From assembly GCA_944322965.1 (NCBI GenBank), contig CALUQR010000006.1, forward strand, positions 38,456 through 102,455: a stretch of DNA of 64,000 bases. Direction: 5' to 3'. Shown in pieces: positions 19,758-29,162 of the stretch; position 1 is the stretch's first letter; every line of letters starts with the position of its first letter. This stretch comes from Vulcanimicrobiota bacterium (GTDB lineage: Bacteria; Vulcanimicrobiota; Xenobia; Xenobiales; Xenobiaceae). Under the pieces are notes generated by a model. It did no database searches. It had not been told where the DNA came from and worked only from the letters and a program-made list of their open reading frames with translations. Both the position numbers and the translations under genes were made by a program.

Positions 19758-20863
19758 TAAAACGCAATACGCACGGCGCCCAACGCGTACTCCCTCTGCA
19801 GTTTCAAGGCTTTAATTACATGAGAGATCTGGAAATCGTGGGAGTCGCAGGCGGAGCCGGTGGCTACGGCTATCCCTTGGAGGTTGAGTCGCTGTTGGAT
19901 AGTCTCCCCTTCGCAGTTGGGGAAAGAAAGATTGAGCACCCCGGGCAGTTTGGGGGGGTGGCTATTGAGCTTAAAGGGCACCCCCTTCTCGCGCAGGAGT
20001 CGGAGTAGTTCGTCTTCCAAACGTTGCAGATGCAAGTTTCTTTGCTGCAGATGGCGCAAACTCTCTTCTAGGGCTCGGGCCATGCCTACGATGGCGGCTA
20101 CGTTCTCTGTACCGGCGCGCAGGTTCCGTTCTTGGGCTCCGCCGTGGAGGAGGGGCTCGATCTCAATCCCTTGGCGCAGGTAGAGGAATCCTATCCCTTT
20201 GGGCCCTTGGAACTTATGGGCGGAGGCGGAGAGGAGGTCTACTCCCAGTTGGGGGATCTGCAAGTCGAGATGCCCTACCGCTTGGACGGCGTCGGTATGG
20301 AAATAGGCGCCCGCCTGGTGGGCGCGTTGGGCCAGCTGGGGGATAGGTTGCAAACAGCCTAGCTCATTATTGGCGGTCATAATAGAGACTAAGGTGGCGT
20401 TGGGACCCAATTCCGCTTGCAGGGTCTCCGGCTGGACCCGCCCTTCCCGGTCTACGGGCAAGTAGCTGACAGGCAAGTTAAAGAAGCGCTCTAGGTACTG
20501 GGCGCAGCGCAGGACGGCGTGATGTTCTATCTGGGAGGTTAGGAGCACAGCTCCCCCCTGGGGCGCCCAGAAGTTAGGACCCCGCTCTAAGATGGTACGC
20601 TCAATAATCCCGCGCAAGGCCCAGTTATCGGCCTCCGTACCTCCGGAGGTAAAGTAGATCTCCTGGGGCAAGACCCCTAGGGCGCGGGCGATAGTGGCTC
20701 GGGCCTCTTCGATAGCCTTCTTAGCTTGACGTCCCAGGCGGTAGAGCGAGGAGGGGTTCCCGAAGCGCTCTTGGAGGTAGGGGCGCATCACTTCTAGAGC
20801 TGCGGGACTTAAGGGGGTGGTGGCGGCGTTATCTAGATAGAGTGGGGGCTCAAACTTAGCCAA
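19757..20863 (-). CDS. Class V aminotransferase / cysteine desulfurase (NifS/IscS/DndA-like). It is the last gene of the BREX-containing co-directional block.
   Basis: The PLP-lysine region SAHKFQGPKGIGFLY and the N-terminal YLDNAATTP motif. It overlaps the upstream zinc-ribbon gene by 8 bp. Confidence 0.8.
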   Translation of the reverse strand: MAKFEPPLYLDNAATTPLSPAALEVMRPYLQERFGNPSSLYRLGRQAKKAIEEARATIARALGVLPQEIYFTSGGTEADNWALRGIIERTILERGPNFWAPQGGAVLLTSQIEHHAVLRCAQYLERFFNLPVSYLPVDREGRVQPETLQAELGPNATLVSIMTANNELGCLQPIPQLAQRAHQAGAYFHTDAVQAVGHLDLQIPQLGVDLLSASAHKFQGPKGIGFLYLRQGIEIEPLLHGGAQERNLRAGTENVAAIVGMARALEESLRHLQQRNLHLQRLEDELLRLLREKGVPFKLNSHPPKLPGVLNLSFPNCEGETIQQRLNLQGIAVATGSACDSHDFQISHVIKALKLQREYALGAVRIAF

Positions 20864-21059
20864 AGAGGGTACAGCCCTCCTCTTTAAAGAATTCGATCTG
20901 CTCTAAGAGATCTTCGGGGGTGGCGCCCAGCTCTTCGGCCAGACACTGCAGGCAGTAGAACTCGCGCACGTTGCGGCCGCGCAGTTTGCGATTTAAGCCC
21001 ACCTCGTTGCGGGTCAAAGGTTCGTGCCCGCAGGCGATACAGCGATACTTTTTAGCCAT
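20856..21059 (-). CDS. Small CxxC...CxxC zinc-ribbon protein (67 aa), possibly DUF2197/YlaI-like
   Basis: The sequence CIACGHEP...YCLQC. It begins 15 bp downstream of brxL and overlaps the desulfurase start. Confidence 0.45.
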   Translation of the reverse strand: MAKKYRCIACGHEPLTRNEVGLNRKLRGRNVREFYCLQCLAEELGATPEDLLEQIEFFKEEGCTLFG

Positions 21060-21074
21060 AATTGCGTTCCTAAG

Positions 21075-22547
21075 TTAGAAGTTAGAGATTAGCTCTTTAG
21101 AGCTGCGGAACTGGGGTTTGAGCTCTAAGGCGGGAACCCGTTTGCCGCGGTACTCGTTATCTAAGAGCCCCAGTTGGGTGACGATAGTTTGGCGCATCTC
21201 CATAGCCCTTTCCAGACAGTAGTGGCGGAAGAGCTCCCCGGGCACTTGGTTGGCCCGGCGCACGTGGGGGAAGAGCAGCTTGAGGTAGGCGGTGGCGATC
21301 CTCTTAATAGCCTCCGTATCGCGAGTATCGGCGGTCGCAGGCACTTCCAGGATCTCGTCTACTACGGCCCGGTAGGCGGTGTCGCTGCGCAATTCGTGCA
21401 TGATGGAGCAGAAATATTCGGAGTTTAAGGCCCAACCCGAGACCTTAATATTCTCGCGGATACGGGGTATATTCCAACCCTTAATAAAGCCGTGGAAGCG
21501 CTCTATGAGGGCCGACTCTTGGAAGATGGGGGGCACCTCTTGGAACATATTGGCCTGTCCGTCCTGGTCCATAATCTCTTTGCGCAAGTTGCCGCAGAGC
21601 ACTACTCCCGCTTCCGAGCGCCCGTGGTAATTGCCCACCGTAAATTGGCCCGACTCCATATACCCTTTGAGAGCGGCGCGCATCTCGTCGACGTCGGAGA
21701 AGGCGATAGTCTGCACCTCGTCTAAGACTACGAAATCGTGGCCGGAGATGAGGCCCTCCCGTTTGGTATTCATATCGTAGAACATCTTGGCCCGCGTCAT
21801 CTTTCCGCCGCTAGAGAGCCAGCCGAAGCGACTGATCTGACCGAAGAGGTAGGATTTGCCCGTCCCTTTGGGGGCCAGCTCGATGAGGTTGAGCCTCTTC
21901 TCCACAAAGGGCAAGAGGCGGGTAAGCATAGTCAACTTCTCTTCTAAGTTGAGGTAGCCCTCGGGGTTATAGTCGATAGCCCCTAAGAGGATATCGACCC
22001 ACTCTTCTAAGCTAAAATCTTCGCGGGCCTCTTGGAAATAGTCGAGCTCCACTCGGTAGGGGCAGAAATTCTTAAAGGAGCGCAAGAGGATCTTCCCGGG
22101 GTCCCGATCTTGGGCGGGTTGGTAGCCTAGCTCGACGATCCCCCAGGCCCCGCCCTCTTTGGTGAGGTCATGGGCCACTTCGTCCCAGACGTACTGCTCG
22201 ATGAGCGTCTCCCTAAAGCCCAGGCCGAACTCGGGCAAGGCGAAATTGACTTGGCCGCGGTTAATGTCGATATTAGTCTCGATCTTAGTGAGAAAGCGCA
22301 CCTCCTTATTCTCTAAGACTACCTGGGCCTTGAGGGCCTCCCAGTCGCTGCGGCGGGGCACGTGGGTGCGCACGAACTCCCGAAACTCCTCCTTATCGAA
22401 GTTGCCCTCGCTATCTTCGAAGCGCTGTAAGAGCCAGTCGCGCATAAAGGACGGCAAGCCCAAGGAACTAAAGAAGGCGCTCTCCTTAAGGTCCTTATAG
22501 AGGGCCATCTCCTCAAAATTATCGCGCAATTTGGCAACCGTATCCAT
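21075..22547 (-). CDS. brxL: BrxL-like P-loop protein (Lon-related ATPase) of a type 4 BREX operon
   Basis: The Walker A motif ELAPKGTGKSYLFGQISRFGW and its position after pglZ. At 490 aa it is shorter than type 1 BrxL. Confidence 0.5.
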   Translation of the reverse strand: MDTVAKLRDNFEEMALYKDLKESAFFSSLGLPSFMRDWLLQRFEDSEGNFDKEEFREFVRTHVPRRSDWEALKAQVVLENKEVRFLTKIETNIDINRGQVNFALPEFGLGFRETLIEQYVWDEVAHDLTKEGGAWGIVELGYQPAQDRDPGKILLRSFKNFCPYRVELDYFQEAREDFSLEEWVDILLGAIDYNPEGYLNLEEKLTMLTRLLPFVEKRLNLIELAPKGTGKSYLFGQISRFGWLSSGGKMTRAKMFYDMNTKREGLISGHDFVVLDEVQTIAFSDVDEMRAALKGYMESGQFTVGNYHGRSEAGVVLCGNLRKEIMDQDGQANMFQEVPPIFQESALIERFHGFIKGWNIPRIRENIKVSGWALNSEYFCSIMHELRSDTAYRAVVDEILEVPATADTRDTEAIKRIATAYLKLLFPHVRRANQVPGELFRHYCLERAMEMRQTIVTQLGLLDNEYRGKRVPALELKPQFRSSKELISNF

Positions 22548-22559
22548 CTCTCTCGCTCC

Positions 22560-24935
22560 CTAAAAATCGAACTCGCTATTCTGGGTCATCCCCTTCTTCT
22601 TACTCACTTGTATCTGCAACTCTTTTTGCAAGACTCCGCCCCGGTAGAGTTCCAGGGTGTAGGCAGCGGGGCCGGGCGGTTTCTCCCAGTAGGCTCGGTA
22701 GATACTGGGTTTTTCCTCTTGCAGGGGCAGGACTTCATCGTTCCAGCGCAGCTCTAAGTCGGGGGCGTTCGTCCAGGGTACTTGCAGATGCAAGGTTATC
22801 CCCTTCTTGCGGGAGTATTCCGCGCTGGGGGTCAAGAGCTCGATAGCGGGCAGACGCTCGGGGGGTAGGCTAGCCTTAGAGCTTAAGACTAGGAGGGGGA
22901 TGACTACCTCCTCTAGGGAGGCGCCCCCATGGACTTCCACTGAGGCCGCCCGGCCGCCCTTAAAGCGCTCGTAGTCGGCTAAGACCCAGTAGCCATTCTC
23001 CCGGCTGACATTCTCTAAATTGCAATCTTCCCACTCCGAGCAGGGGCAACAGCGCCCGGAATGGCGCCCCTTCTGGGCCATCTCATAACTGGCCTCTCGA
23101 CCATAGAGCACAGCCAGACGGGAGGCCCCGTGGTCGCTAGCTAAGAGCAGGCGCTGACACTGGCCCGACTCTAAGCGGCGGGCGCAATCTTGGACCACCC
23201 GGCGCAAGAGGCTAAGTTCCGCGGGCAGGTGGGTGGCGGCCCGACTCTCTTTAGAGAAGTCGTAATCGGCGTTGCCATGTTTGAGTTTATCCAGCTCCGA
23301 CTCTTTAACTTTAGGGCCCTGCCACTCTTCGAAGAAGTCTTTATTAGTAGAGGTCAGCGTAGGCAGATTGGCTCGCAAGATAGAGACTTGGCACTTTAAA
23401 TTAAACTCCCGGCAGAGGGCGACTAAGTAGGGCAAGTACTCTACCCCTAAGGCGTCTACCCAGTAAAGGCAGCTCCCGGGCTGATCGTATTTGGCGATAG
23501 GCCCCTCCTTAGTAGAGAGGCGATTATAGAGGCGCTCTATAGCCTGTTGGCGCACGATCTCTAAAAAGTCGGCAGGGATCGAATTTAAGACTTTGGCCTC
23601 CCGGTAAGTTTGGAAGTAGGAGTCCATAAAGTCTAAGCTCCGGTCCTCTAAGGGCAACTTGTAAAAAGGGGCCGCCCCATTTAAATAGCGCCCTAAGTCG
23701 GGGTAATGCTTCTCTACCAATTGGCGCTCGCTAACCCCCAAACTCCCCTTTTGGGCTAAGTAGCGCAGCCACTCGATGCGCTCTATAGGGGTAAGGTCGC
23801 TTAAATAATTCTGGTAATCCTGCTGGCGGCGCAGCTGGGGCAGCCAGGTTTGAGCCCAGTCGGGGGTCAGCTGGTCTAAGGGCGAGCGCTTTAAAAGCTC
23901 ATAGCGCTCCCAGAAGAGCTCCTCCCGGGCGGAGGCCTGCTTAGGGGCGGATTCTTCCCAGAGGGTAGACCATAAGCGCTCCCCCAAATCTTCGGGCGTC
24001 TGGGAGGCGCGCATTACCCTCTCCAAGTAGCGTTGGGGCTGGGGATTTAAGCCGTACTCTTCCTTTAAGCCTAGCCACAATTGCCAGCGCTCTTGGATTT
24101 TGGCCTCGCCCCCTAAGGAGCTAGCCACCCGGGCTAAGCGCTCGGGCAGGGAGAGGCCGCTAGGGCGCAGCTCAGCCTCTAAACCCTTAGAGAGGGCGTC
24201 TATTTCTACTTCCCGGTGGCGCTCTAAGAGCTTCTCCCAACGCTCCGGGCTGCCCCAACCCTCTTCCCAGCGCATTAAGGGCCCTAAGCGCTCTTTAAAG
24301 ACCGCCCAGGCGGAATCTAAGGAGCGGATCTTGAGGCTAGCTTGGCTCCAGGGGATGGCGCTCTGGTAGTCCAGGCGGCGACTATCGCCCGGGCGCCACT
24401 CCTCTAGGGCGTAGAGGAGATTTTTTAAACCTTGGTAGCAATTGGAGCTAGGGGCCCAGCCCAGATCTTGCCAGCGCACGATCTCTAGCTCTAGTTGGGG
24501 GTTCCACTCCTCTAAGATATGGAGGTAAGGCTTAAAGCGCGGGTCGCGCTGGGCCGCCTCCTCCAAAAAGCGCTGCCGCCCCCGCCAGAGGAAGATCAGT
24601 TGCTGCTGTGGCTCTAAGGAGAGGCGCTCCTGGCGCTCTAAGAGCTCTTGCAGCCCCTCCCGATAGCCGCGCAGGGCGGCCCACTCCCCGCAGCCCACCA
24701 CTAAGATCTGGGCCCTAGGATTCTCCGCCAACTCCTGGCGCAGCGCCCGCCACAAGCGCTCAAAGTTGGGGATCTTGTCGGGATGGGGACAGTAGTCGGA
24801 GAGTCGCCAGGTGGTAAAACCCTCGCCAGCTAGGCTCTCGCGGGTCGCCCTCCACTCGGCCCCCACTACTAACCAGTGGGGCCGTCCCCCGCCGTAGGCG
24901 GGGGGCGCCGGTGCGCAATAAGAGTCCATCTCCAA
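22560..24935 (-). CDS. pglZ: PglZ-domain protein (alkaline-phosphatase superfamily) of BREX
   Basis: The C-terminal region carries YWVDALGVEYLPYL ... LLLASDHGASRL, the TSDHG-like PglZ signature. It is flanked by brxC and brxL. Confidence 0.6.
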   Translation of the reverse strand: MEMDSYCAPAPPAYGGGRPHWLVVGAEWRATRESLAGEGFTTWRLSDYCPHPDKIPNFERLWRALRQELAENPRAQILVVGCGEWAALRGYREGLQELLERQERLSLEPQQQLIFLWRGRQRFLEEAAQRDPRFKPYLHILEEWNPQLELEIVRWQDLGWAPSSNCYQGLKNLLYALEEWRPGDSRRLDYQSAIPWSQASLKIRSLDSAWAVFKERLGPLMRWEEGWGSPERWEKLLERHREVEIDALSKGLEAELRPSGLSLPERLARVASSLGGEAKIQERWQLWLGLKEEYGLNPQPQRYLERVMRASQTPEDLGERLWSTLWEESAPKQASAREELFWERYELLKRSPLDQLTPDWAQTWLPQLRRQQDYQNYLSDLTPIERIEWLRYLAQKGSLGVSERQLVEKHYPDLGRYLNGAAPFYKLPLEDRSLDFMDSYFQTYREAKVLNSIPADFLEIVRQQAIERLYNRLSTKEGPIAKYDQPGSCLYWVDALGVEYLPYLVALCREFNLKCQVSILRANLPTLTSTNKDFFEEWQGPKVKESELDKLKHGNADYDFSKESRAATHLPAELSLLRRVVQDCARRLESGQCQRLLLASDHGASRLAVLYGREASYEMAQKGRHSGRCCPCSEWEDCNLENVSRENGYWVLADYERFKGGRAASVEVHGGASLEEVVIPLLVLSSKASLPPERLPAIELLTPSAEYSRKKGITLHLQVPWTNAPDLELRWNDEVLPLQEEKPSIYRAYWEKPPGPAAYTLELYRGGVLQKELQIQVSKKKGMTQNSEFDF

Positions 24936-24956
24936 CCTCCCTTAAAGCCTGCTTAG

Positions 24957-27900
24957 TTAAAAGGGTTTATCGATTAGGGCGATCCCCAATTCCACATCGT
25001 CTTTAATGACATCCAGTAAGAGCGTTTTGAGCACCTCCGGGGGCAGCTCGTCTAAGCGGCGGCTGAGGCGGGGCAGCCCCGTCTCCTTATATTCCGCTTC
25101 GGCCAGCTCCTTAATGGCGGGCAACATCTGGGGTTCGGTCCAGTCGTAGACCGGCGCCTTCATCTTCTTAGCTAAGCTCTCGCAGAAGCTATGGGAGGAG
25201 GGCACGAAACTATGGTAATGGCCCGCCACCCGCTGCCGGAACTGGAGTTTAGCCCGGGGCAGGTCGTTCATTAAGCCAAAGAGCGAGCTCTTCTCCAGCC
25301 ACTCCAAGATGCGCTTGGCCTCCTCTTCCCCTAAGGAGGATTGGGAGTCGTTTAAAACTCGGAAGGCGGATTCCGAGATCTCGCGCTCCTCTTGGGGCAC
25401 TAAGTAGCGGATGGGGATGAGGTTTTTTTGCGACCATTCCCGAGGATTAGGGGAGCCGCTCTTCTCTTGCCACAGGCGTTGGATGCGCCCTTGCAAGCTC
25501 TTGCGCCGCTGGGAGGCGGCCAATTTTAAAACCTGCTTTTGGGCGGAATCGAGGGAGCCGCTCGAGATATTGAGGTGGCTAGCCCGCAACTGGGCGAAGA
25601 CCTCGCCCACCGAGTCGTCGTCTAAGCCCTGGAGCTGGGTCTTATAGAGGCTCTTAAAGGAGTCTAACTCGTTGCCAAAGAGCTCCCCTAACTTCTGACC
25701 CTCCTCCTGCAAAGCGCCCAGCCACTGCTTGCGCACTAGGTCGGAGTTATAATCCCGGTAACCCTTACATAAGCGGTCTAAGCGATCGACTAAGCCCGGG
25801 CTGAGGGCCCCGCTCTCTAAGCTCGTTAAGGTGGAGAAGGGCAAGCTGAGCTCGGAGAGGCGCTTACTGAGCTCGTTCATAGCCTCCTGGAGCCCACCCT
25901 TGGGACCTTGCCCTAAGAGATTCGTCAGACGCCAGAGGAGCTCTAACTCATCCCCTACCCCGGAGATCGTATCTTGGCCTATCTCCTTAGTCCAGGAGTA
26001 GGCCATGTCCGTCGAGAAGGCCGATTGCAGGCGCTCCTGGAGCTTTTTAGGCTCCCAACCCAATTGGGCCGTCAGCTTATTTAAGCGCCCCTCCTGGAAT
26101 TTATCTAAGAAGTCGCGCAAAGCTTGCAGGGCCTTATCCTTACCCACCGCCTCCCGCAGACGGCTAGCCCACTCCTGGCCCCGCTCTTGGTAGAGCCGGC
26201 CCAACTCTTGGGCTTTGGGGCGGGCGGAGGCCGGGCCCTCCTTAGAGATCTCCCAGAAGAGTTGCAAACCTTGGACCACCTGGGGATCGTCTAAGCGCTC
26301 CCAGACCATCCATAAGGGCCAGACCCGCTCCTTTAAGGCCGCCCCTAAACGCTTCTGCCAGCTGGAGAAGTCGGACTCGTTGAGCTTAAAACTCCACACA
26401 TAAGAGGCCAACTTCTTAAAGCTGACCATCTCCGGCGACTCTCGCACCAGGGTGACCTTATTCTTATCGTTCCCGCGCACGAGGTTATTGAGCTGGTCCT
26501 GGAGCTTCCCGATATCCATAACGCCCCCGGCCCCCGCCCGATCGGCGTAACTATATTTCGGGTCCTGGTACTCCTTTAAGAGGAAGCCTAAAAGGAAGCC
26601 GTAGAGGTTATTGGGCCTAAAGCAGGCCTCCTTAACTAGATAATTCCAGACCTCTTGCCAGCCGATGTGGCCGTTAGAGCCTAGATTTTTCTCCATCAGC
26701 TCTTCTAAATGGGCCTTCAATTGGGAGATGGGCAGAACCTTAAGTTGGGGGACCTGCCAATAATTGGGGACGCTCCACACCTCCCCTAAGCCCAGGCGCT
26801 TTTCGATCTCCGCCATCTCTCCCTTAGGCTGGGCGGGGGCCTCTAAGCCGGCCCGAATGAAGCGGGAGGGGCTCAAGTTGAGCCAGCTATCTTTGAGCCG
26901 CTCATTTAAATCGAATAAGGGGTAAGAGGATGAGGCGCTCAAGAGGCGCTTTAGCTCTTCGCAGAGGGTATTTAAGGTAGGATACTTCTGCCCCGGTTTC
27001 TTTAACTTAGAGCCATAGAGGCGGAAGGGCCCCTCCGCCAATTTGGAGAGCCAAACCTGCTCGAGGAGACTCTCCGCCTTCTTGCGACTCTCCTCCGCCT
27101 GGCTGCGGTCCTTGCTACTATAGAGCGAGGCGTAGGCCATGCCCTCAATATAGTCGCCAAAATTCTTGGGCGAGAGCAAGGTGGAGGTGAGATCTACTAA
27201 GACGGTCTGGCCCCCGCCCTCCTGTTCCCAGTCGACCTTATCCAAAAGATCCTCCAATTGGCGGCTCTCCCCTTCGTCTTTAGCTACTACTAACCCCCAC
27301 TTGAGCGGACTCTTGCGCTCTAAGAGGCGCTTCAACTGGCGACCAAAGTCGGAGACGGTCAAGAGTTCAGGAGTATCTAAACGCTGGGCCAGGGCCTTCC
27401 CTAAAGCCTCGCCGCTCATCTCTAAGAGGTGGTGCTCTTTAAGATACTTACTGGCTAAGTTGGAGGTAGTAATACTCTTAGCCAGGCGCTCTTTGATCTT
27501 CTCTAACTCGATCTCGTCGCCCACCCCTAAGGCCACCACGTAGCAGTAATCGTTACTAGAGATAGACCGATCCTTAGCGATAACGTGTTTCTCGCGCAGC
27601 TCCTCTAAGCTCTTAGCTACGCAATCGTTGGCTAGACCCTCCCCCACGAAGGCCCACTCTAAGTGTTCCTGGGTGGTCTCTAAGAGCTTCACTTGGTTAT
27701 TGCAGGCCCTATTGACGGCCAACATAATTAAGAGAGCTTGCAAGACCCGCCCCGCCTCCGGACTCAGGTGGCGAGCGTAGCGCTTATAAGTACCCAAGAT
27801 GCGGTTGGCGTCTGAGGTCAGGTCCTCTTTTTTATATTCGGTAAAGTACTGCCAAAGCAGGTCCACGGTCAGTAAGGGGCGGTCCCCGTAGGGGCCGTAG

Positions 27901-29156
27901 GTGTGGATATACCACTGGAAGGCGTAACTTTTGGGCTCCTCTAAGCGCAAGAAGTCAAATAAGCTGCGCTGGTTCGATTGGAAGGTAGTAGCTACAAACT
28001 TTAAGACCAGGGCCGCCAAGGGGTGGAGGGGCAAGATTTTAAATAGGGTCTCATGATCTTCTAGACGGGACTCAGCCCCTATAGCCTCTACCACCTTCTG
28101 CAGGCGCTGGCGCAGGATCTTGATATCTTCATTAAACTCTGAGGCCTTCTCAGGGAGAAGGTGCAAGGCGTTGGCGATTAAGTGGAAGGCCACATTTTCG
28201 GGCATATCGATGCCCACCCGTTCGAAGCGGTCTTGGATGGGATTGCCCTGGCTCTCTTCGCTAGCCGCGTGGTGGGTGACGATAGTCAGGAAGAAGTTGC
28301 CCTCTTGGGCCAGGGCGGCGATCTTCTGTAAGCTATCTAAGCTCTTGGCGTTGCGATTCATGTAGGAGGAGAATTCGTCCCACAGAAAGACCAGCTGGAT
28401 CCCATTGCGGGCGATGACCTCTCGCATCCAGGCCGTCAGACTGTCGACGCTGGGGGCCATAAAGATCTCCTCCTCTTGGCGCAAGAGCTCCACCAGGTTG
28501 CGCACTAAGGAACCCGTATCCTCCCCTTGGCGCAGATCATCTAAGATTTCTGCGGCCGTACTCTGGCTAAAGAGGTTGCACCAGGGAGACTGGCTCAGAT
28601 GGCGCTCTACGATAGACGCGTAGGGGGGATCGCTCAACTTTTCGATCAGGCGCTCTCGGCTGGTAGCATTCCCTAAGTAGGAGCAGCCCGCCTCTCGGAG
28701 GGCCTGGGAGATAGACTCCTCAAAGGCCAGACAGAGGTTAGTCGTATCGCCAATTTCACCCGAGCCGTAGCGGAAGGCGATCACCATCTTCTGGCGGCTC
28801 TTAAGGCCTAAGAACTTTTGTAAGAGGTCCTTACGCCCCTCCTTTAACTCCTGGAAGCGATCCCAATACTCTTGGACTTCCTGGGCGGGCCGCTCTAAGA
28901 TGCGGCGCAGGGCTAAAAGGCACTGGGACTTACCCGTCCCGTAGGGACCGTAGATCCACAGCCCCTTAGTGGAGGAGCCATTTAAGATCTGCTCGGCCTT
29001 CTCCAAGAGCTTAATGAAGGTGGGGTGGGGGTAAGTATTCTTCCACTCCGCCCCTCTCTTAATAGCCCCCAGGTCGATACAGGGGAAATAGTTCTTTTGT
29101 AGCTGGAAGTATTGGCTGTAAGTCTCCGTCTCCGGAGCGGCGAGCACGGCGGGCAT
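24957..29156 (-). CDS. brxC: BrxC/PglY-like large P-loop NTPase
   Basis: The N-terminal Walker A motif LWIYGPYGTGKSQCLLAL. The 1399-aa size and the position between brxP and pglZ also fit. Confidence 0.55.
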   Translation of the reverse strand: MPAVLAAPETETYSQYFQLQKNYFPCIDLGAIKRGAEWKNTYPHPTFIKLLEKAEQILNGSSTKGLWIYGPYGTGKSQCLLALRRILERPAQEVQEYWDRFQELKEGRKDLLQKFLGLKSRQKMVIAFRYGSGEIGDTTNLCLAFEESISQALREAGCSYLGNATSRERLIEKLSDPPYASIVERHLSQSPWCNLFSQSTAAEILDDLRQGEDTGSLVRNLVELLRQEEEIFMAPSVDSLTAWMREVIARNGIQLVFLWDEFSSYMNRNAKSLDSLQKIAALAQEGNFFLTIVTHHAASEESQGNPIQDRFERVGIDMPENVAFHLIANALHLLPEKASEFNEDIKILRQRLQKVVEAIGAESRLEDHETLFKILPLHPLAALVLKFVATTFQSNQRSLFDFLRLEEPKSYAFQWYIHTYGPYGDRPLLTVDLLWQYFTEYKKEDLTSDANRILGTYKRYARHLSPEAGRVLQALLIMLAVNRACNNQVKLLETTQEHLEWAFVGEGLANDCVAKSLEELREKHVIAKDRSISSNDYCYVVALGVGDEIELEKIKERLAKSITTSNLASKYLKEHHLLEMSGEALGKALAQRLDTPELLTVSDFGRQLKRLLERKSPLKWGLVVAKDEGESRQLEDLLDKVDWEQEGGGQTVLVDLTSTLLSPKNFGDYIEGMAYASLYSSKDRSQAEESRKKAESLLEQVWLSKLAEGPFRLYGSKLKKPGQKYPTLNTLCEELKRLLSASSSYPLFDLNERLKDSWLNLSPSRFIRAGLEAPAQPKGEMAEIEKRLGLGEVWSVPNYWQVPQLKVLPISQLKAHLEELMEKNLGSNGHIGWQEVWNYLVKEACFRPNNLYGFLLGFLLKEYQDPKYSYADRAGAGGVMDIGKLQDQLNNLVRGNDKNKVTLVRESPEMVSFKKLASYVWSFKLNESDFSSWQKRLGAALKERVWPLWMVWERLDDPQVVQGLQLFWEISKEGPASARPKAQELGRLYQERGQEWASRLREAVGKDKALQALRDFLDKFQEGRLNKLTAQLGWEPKKLQERLQSAFSTDMAYSWTKEIGQDTISGVGDELELLWRLTNLLGQGPKGGLQEAMNELSKRLSELSLPFSTLTSLESGALSPGLVDRLDRLCKGYRDYNSDLVRKQWLGALQEEGQKLGELFGNELDSFKSLYKTQLQGLDDDSVGEVFAQLRASHLNISSGSLDSAQKQVLKLAASQRRKSLQGRIQRLWQEKSGSPNPREWSQKNLIPIRYLVPQEEREISESAFRVLNDSQSSLGEEEAKRILEWLEKSSLFGLMNDLPRAKLQFRQRVAGHYHSFVPSSHSFCESLAKKMKAPVYDWTEPQMLPAIKELAEAEYKETGLPRLSRRLDELPPEVLKTLLLDVIKDDVELGIALIDKPF

Positions 29157-29162
29157 GGGGGG

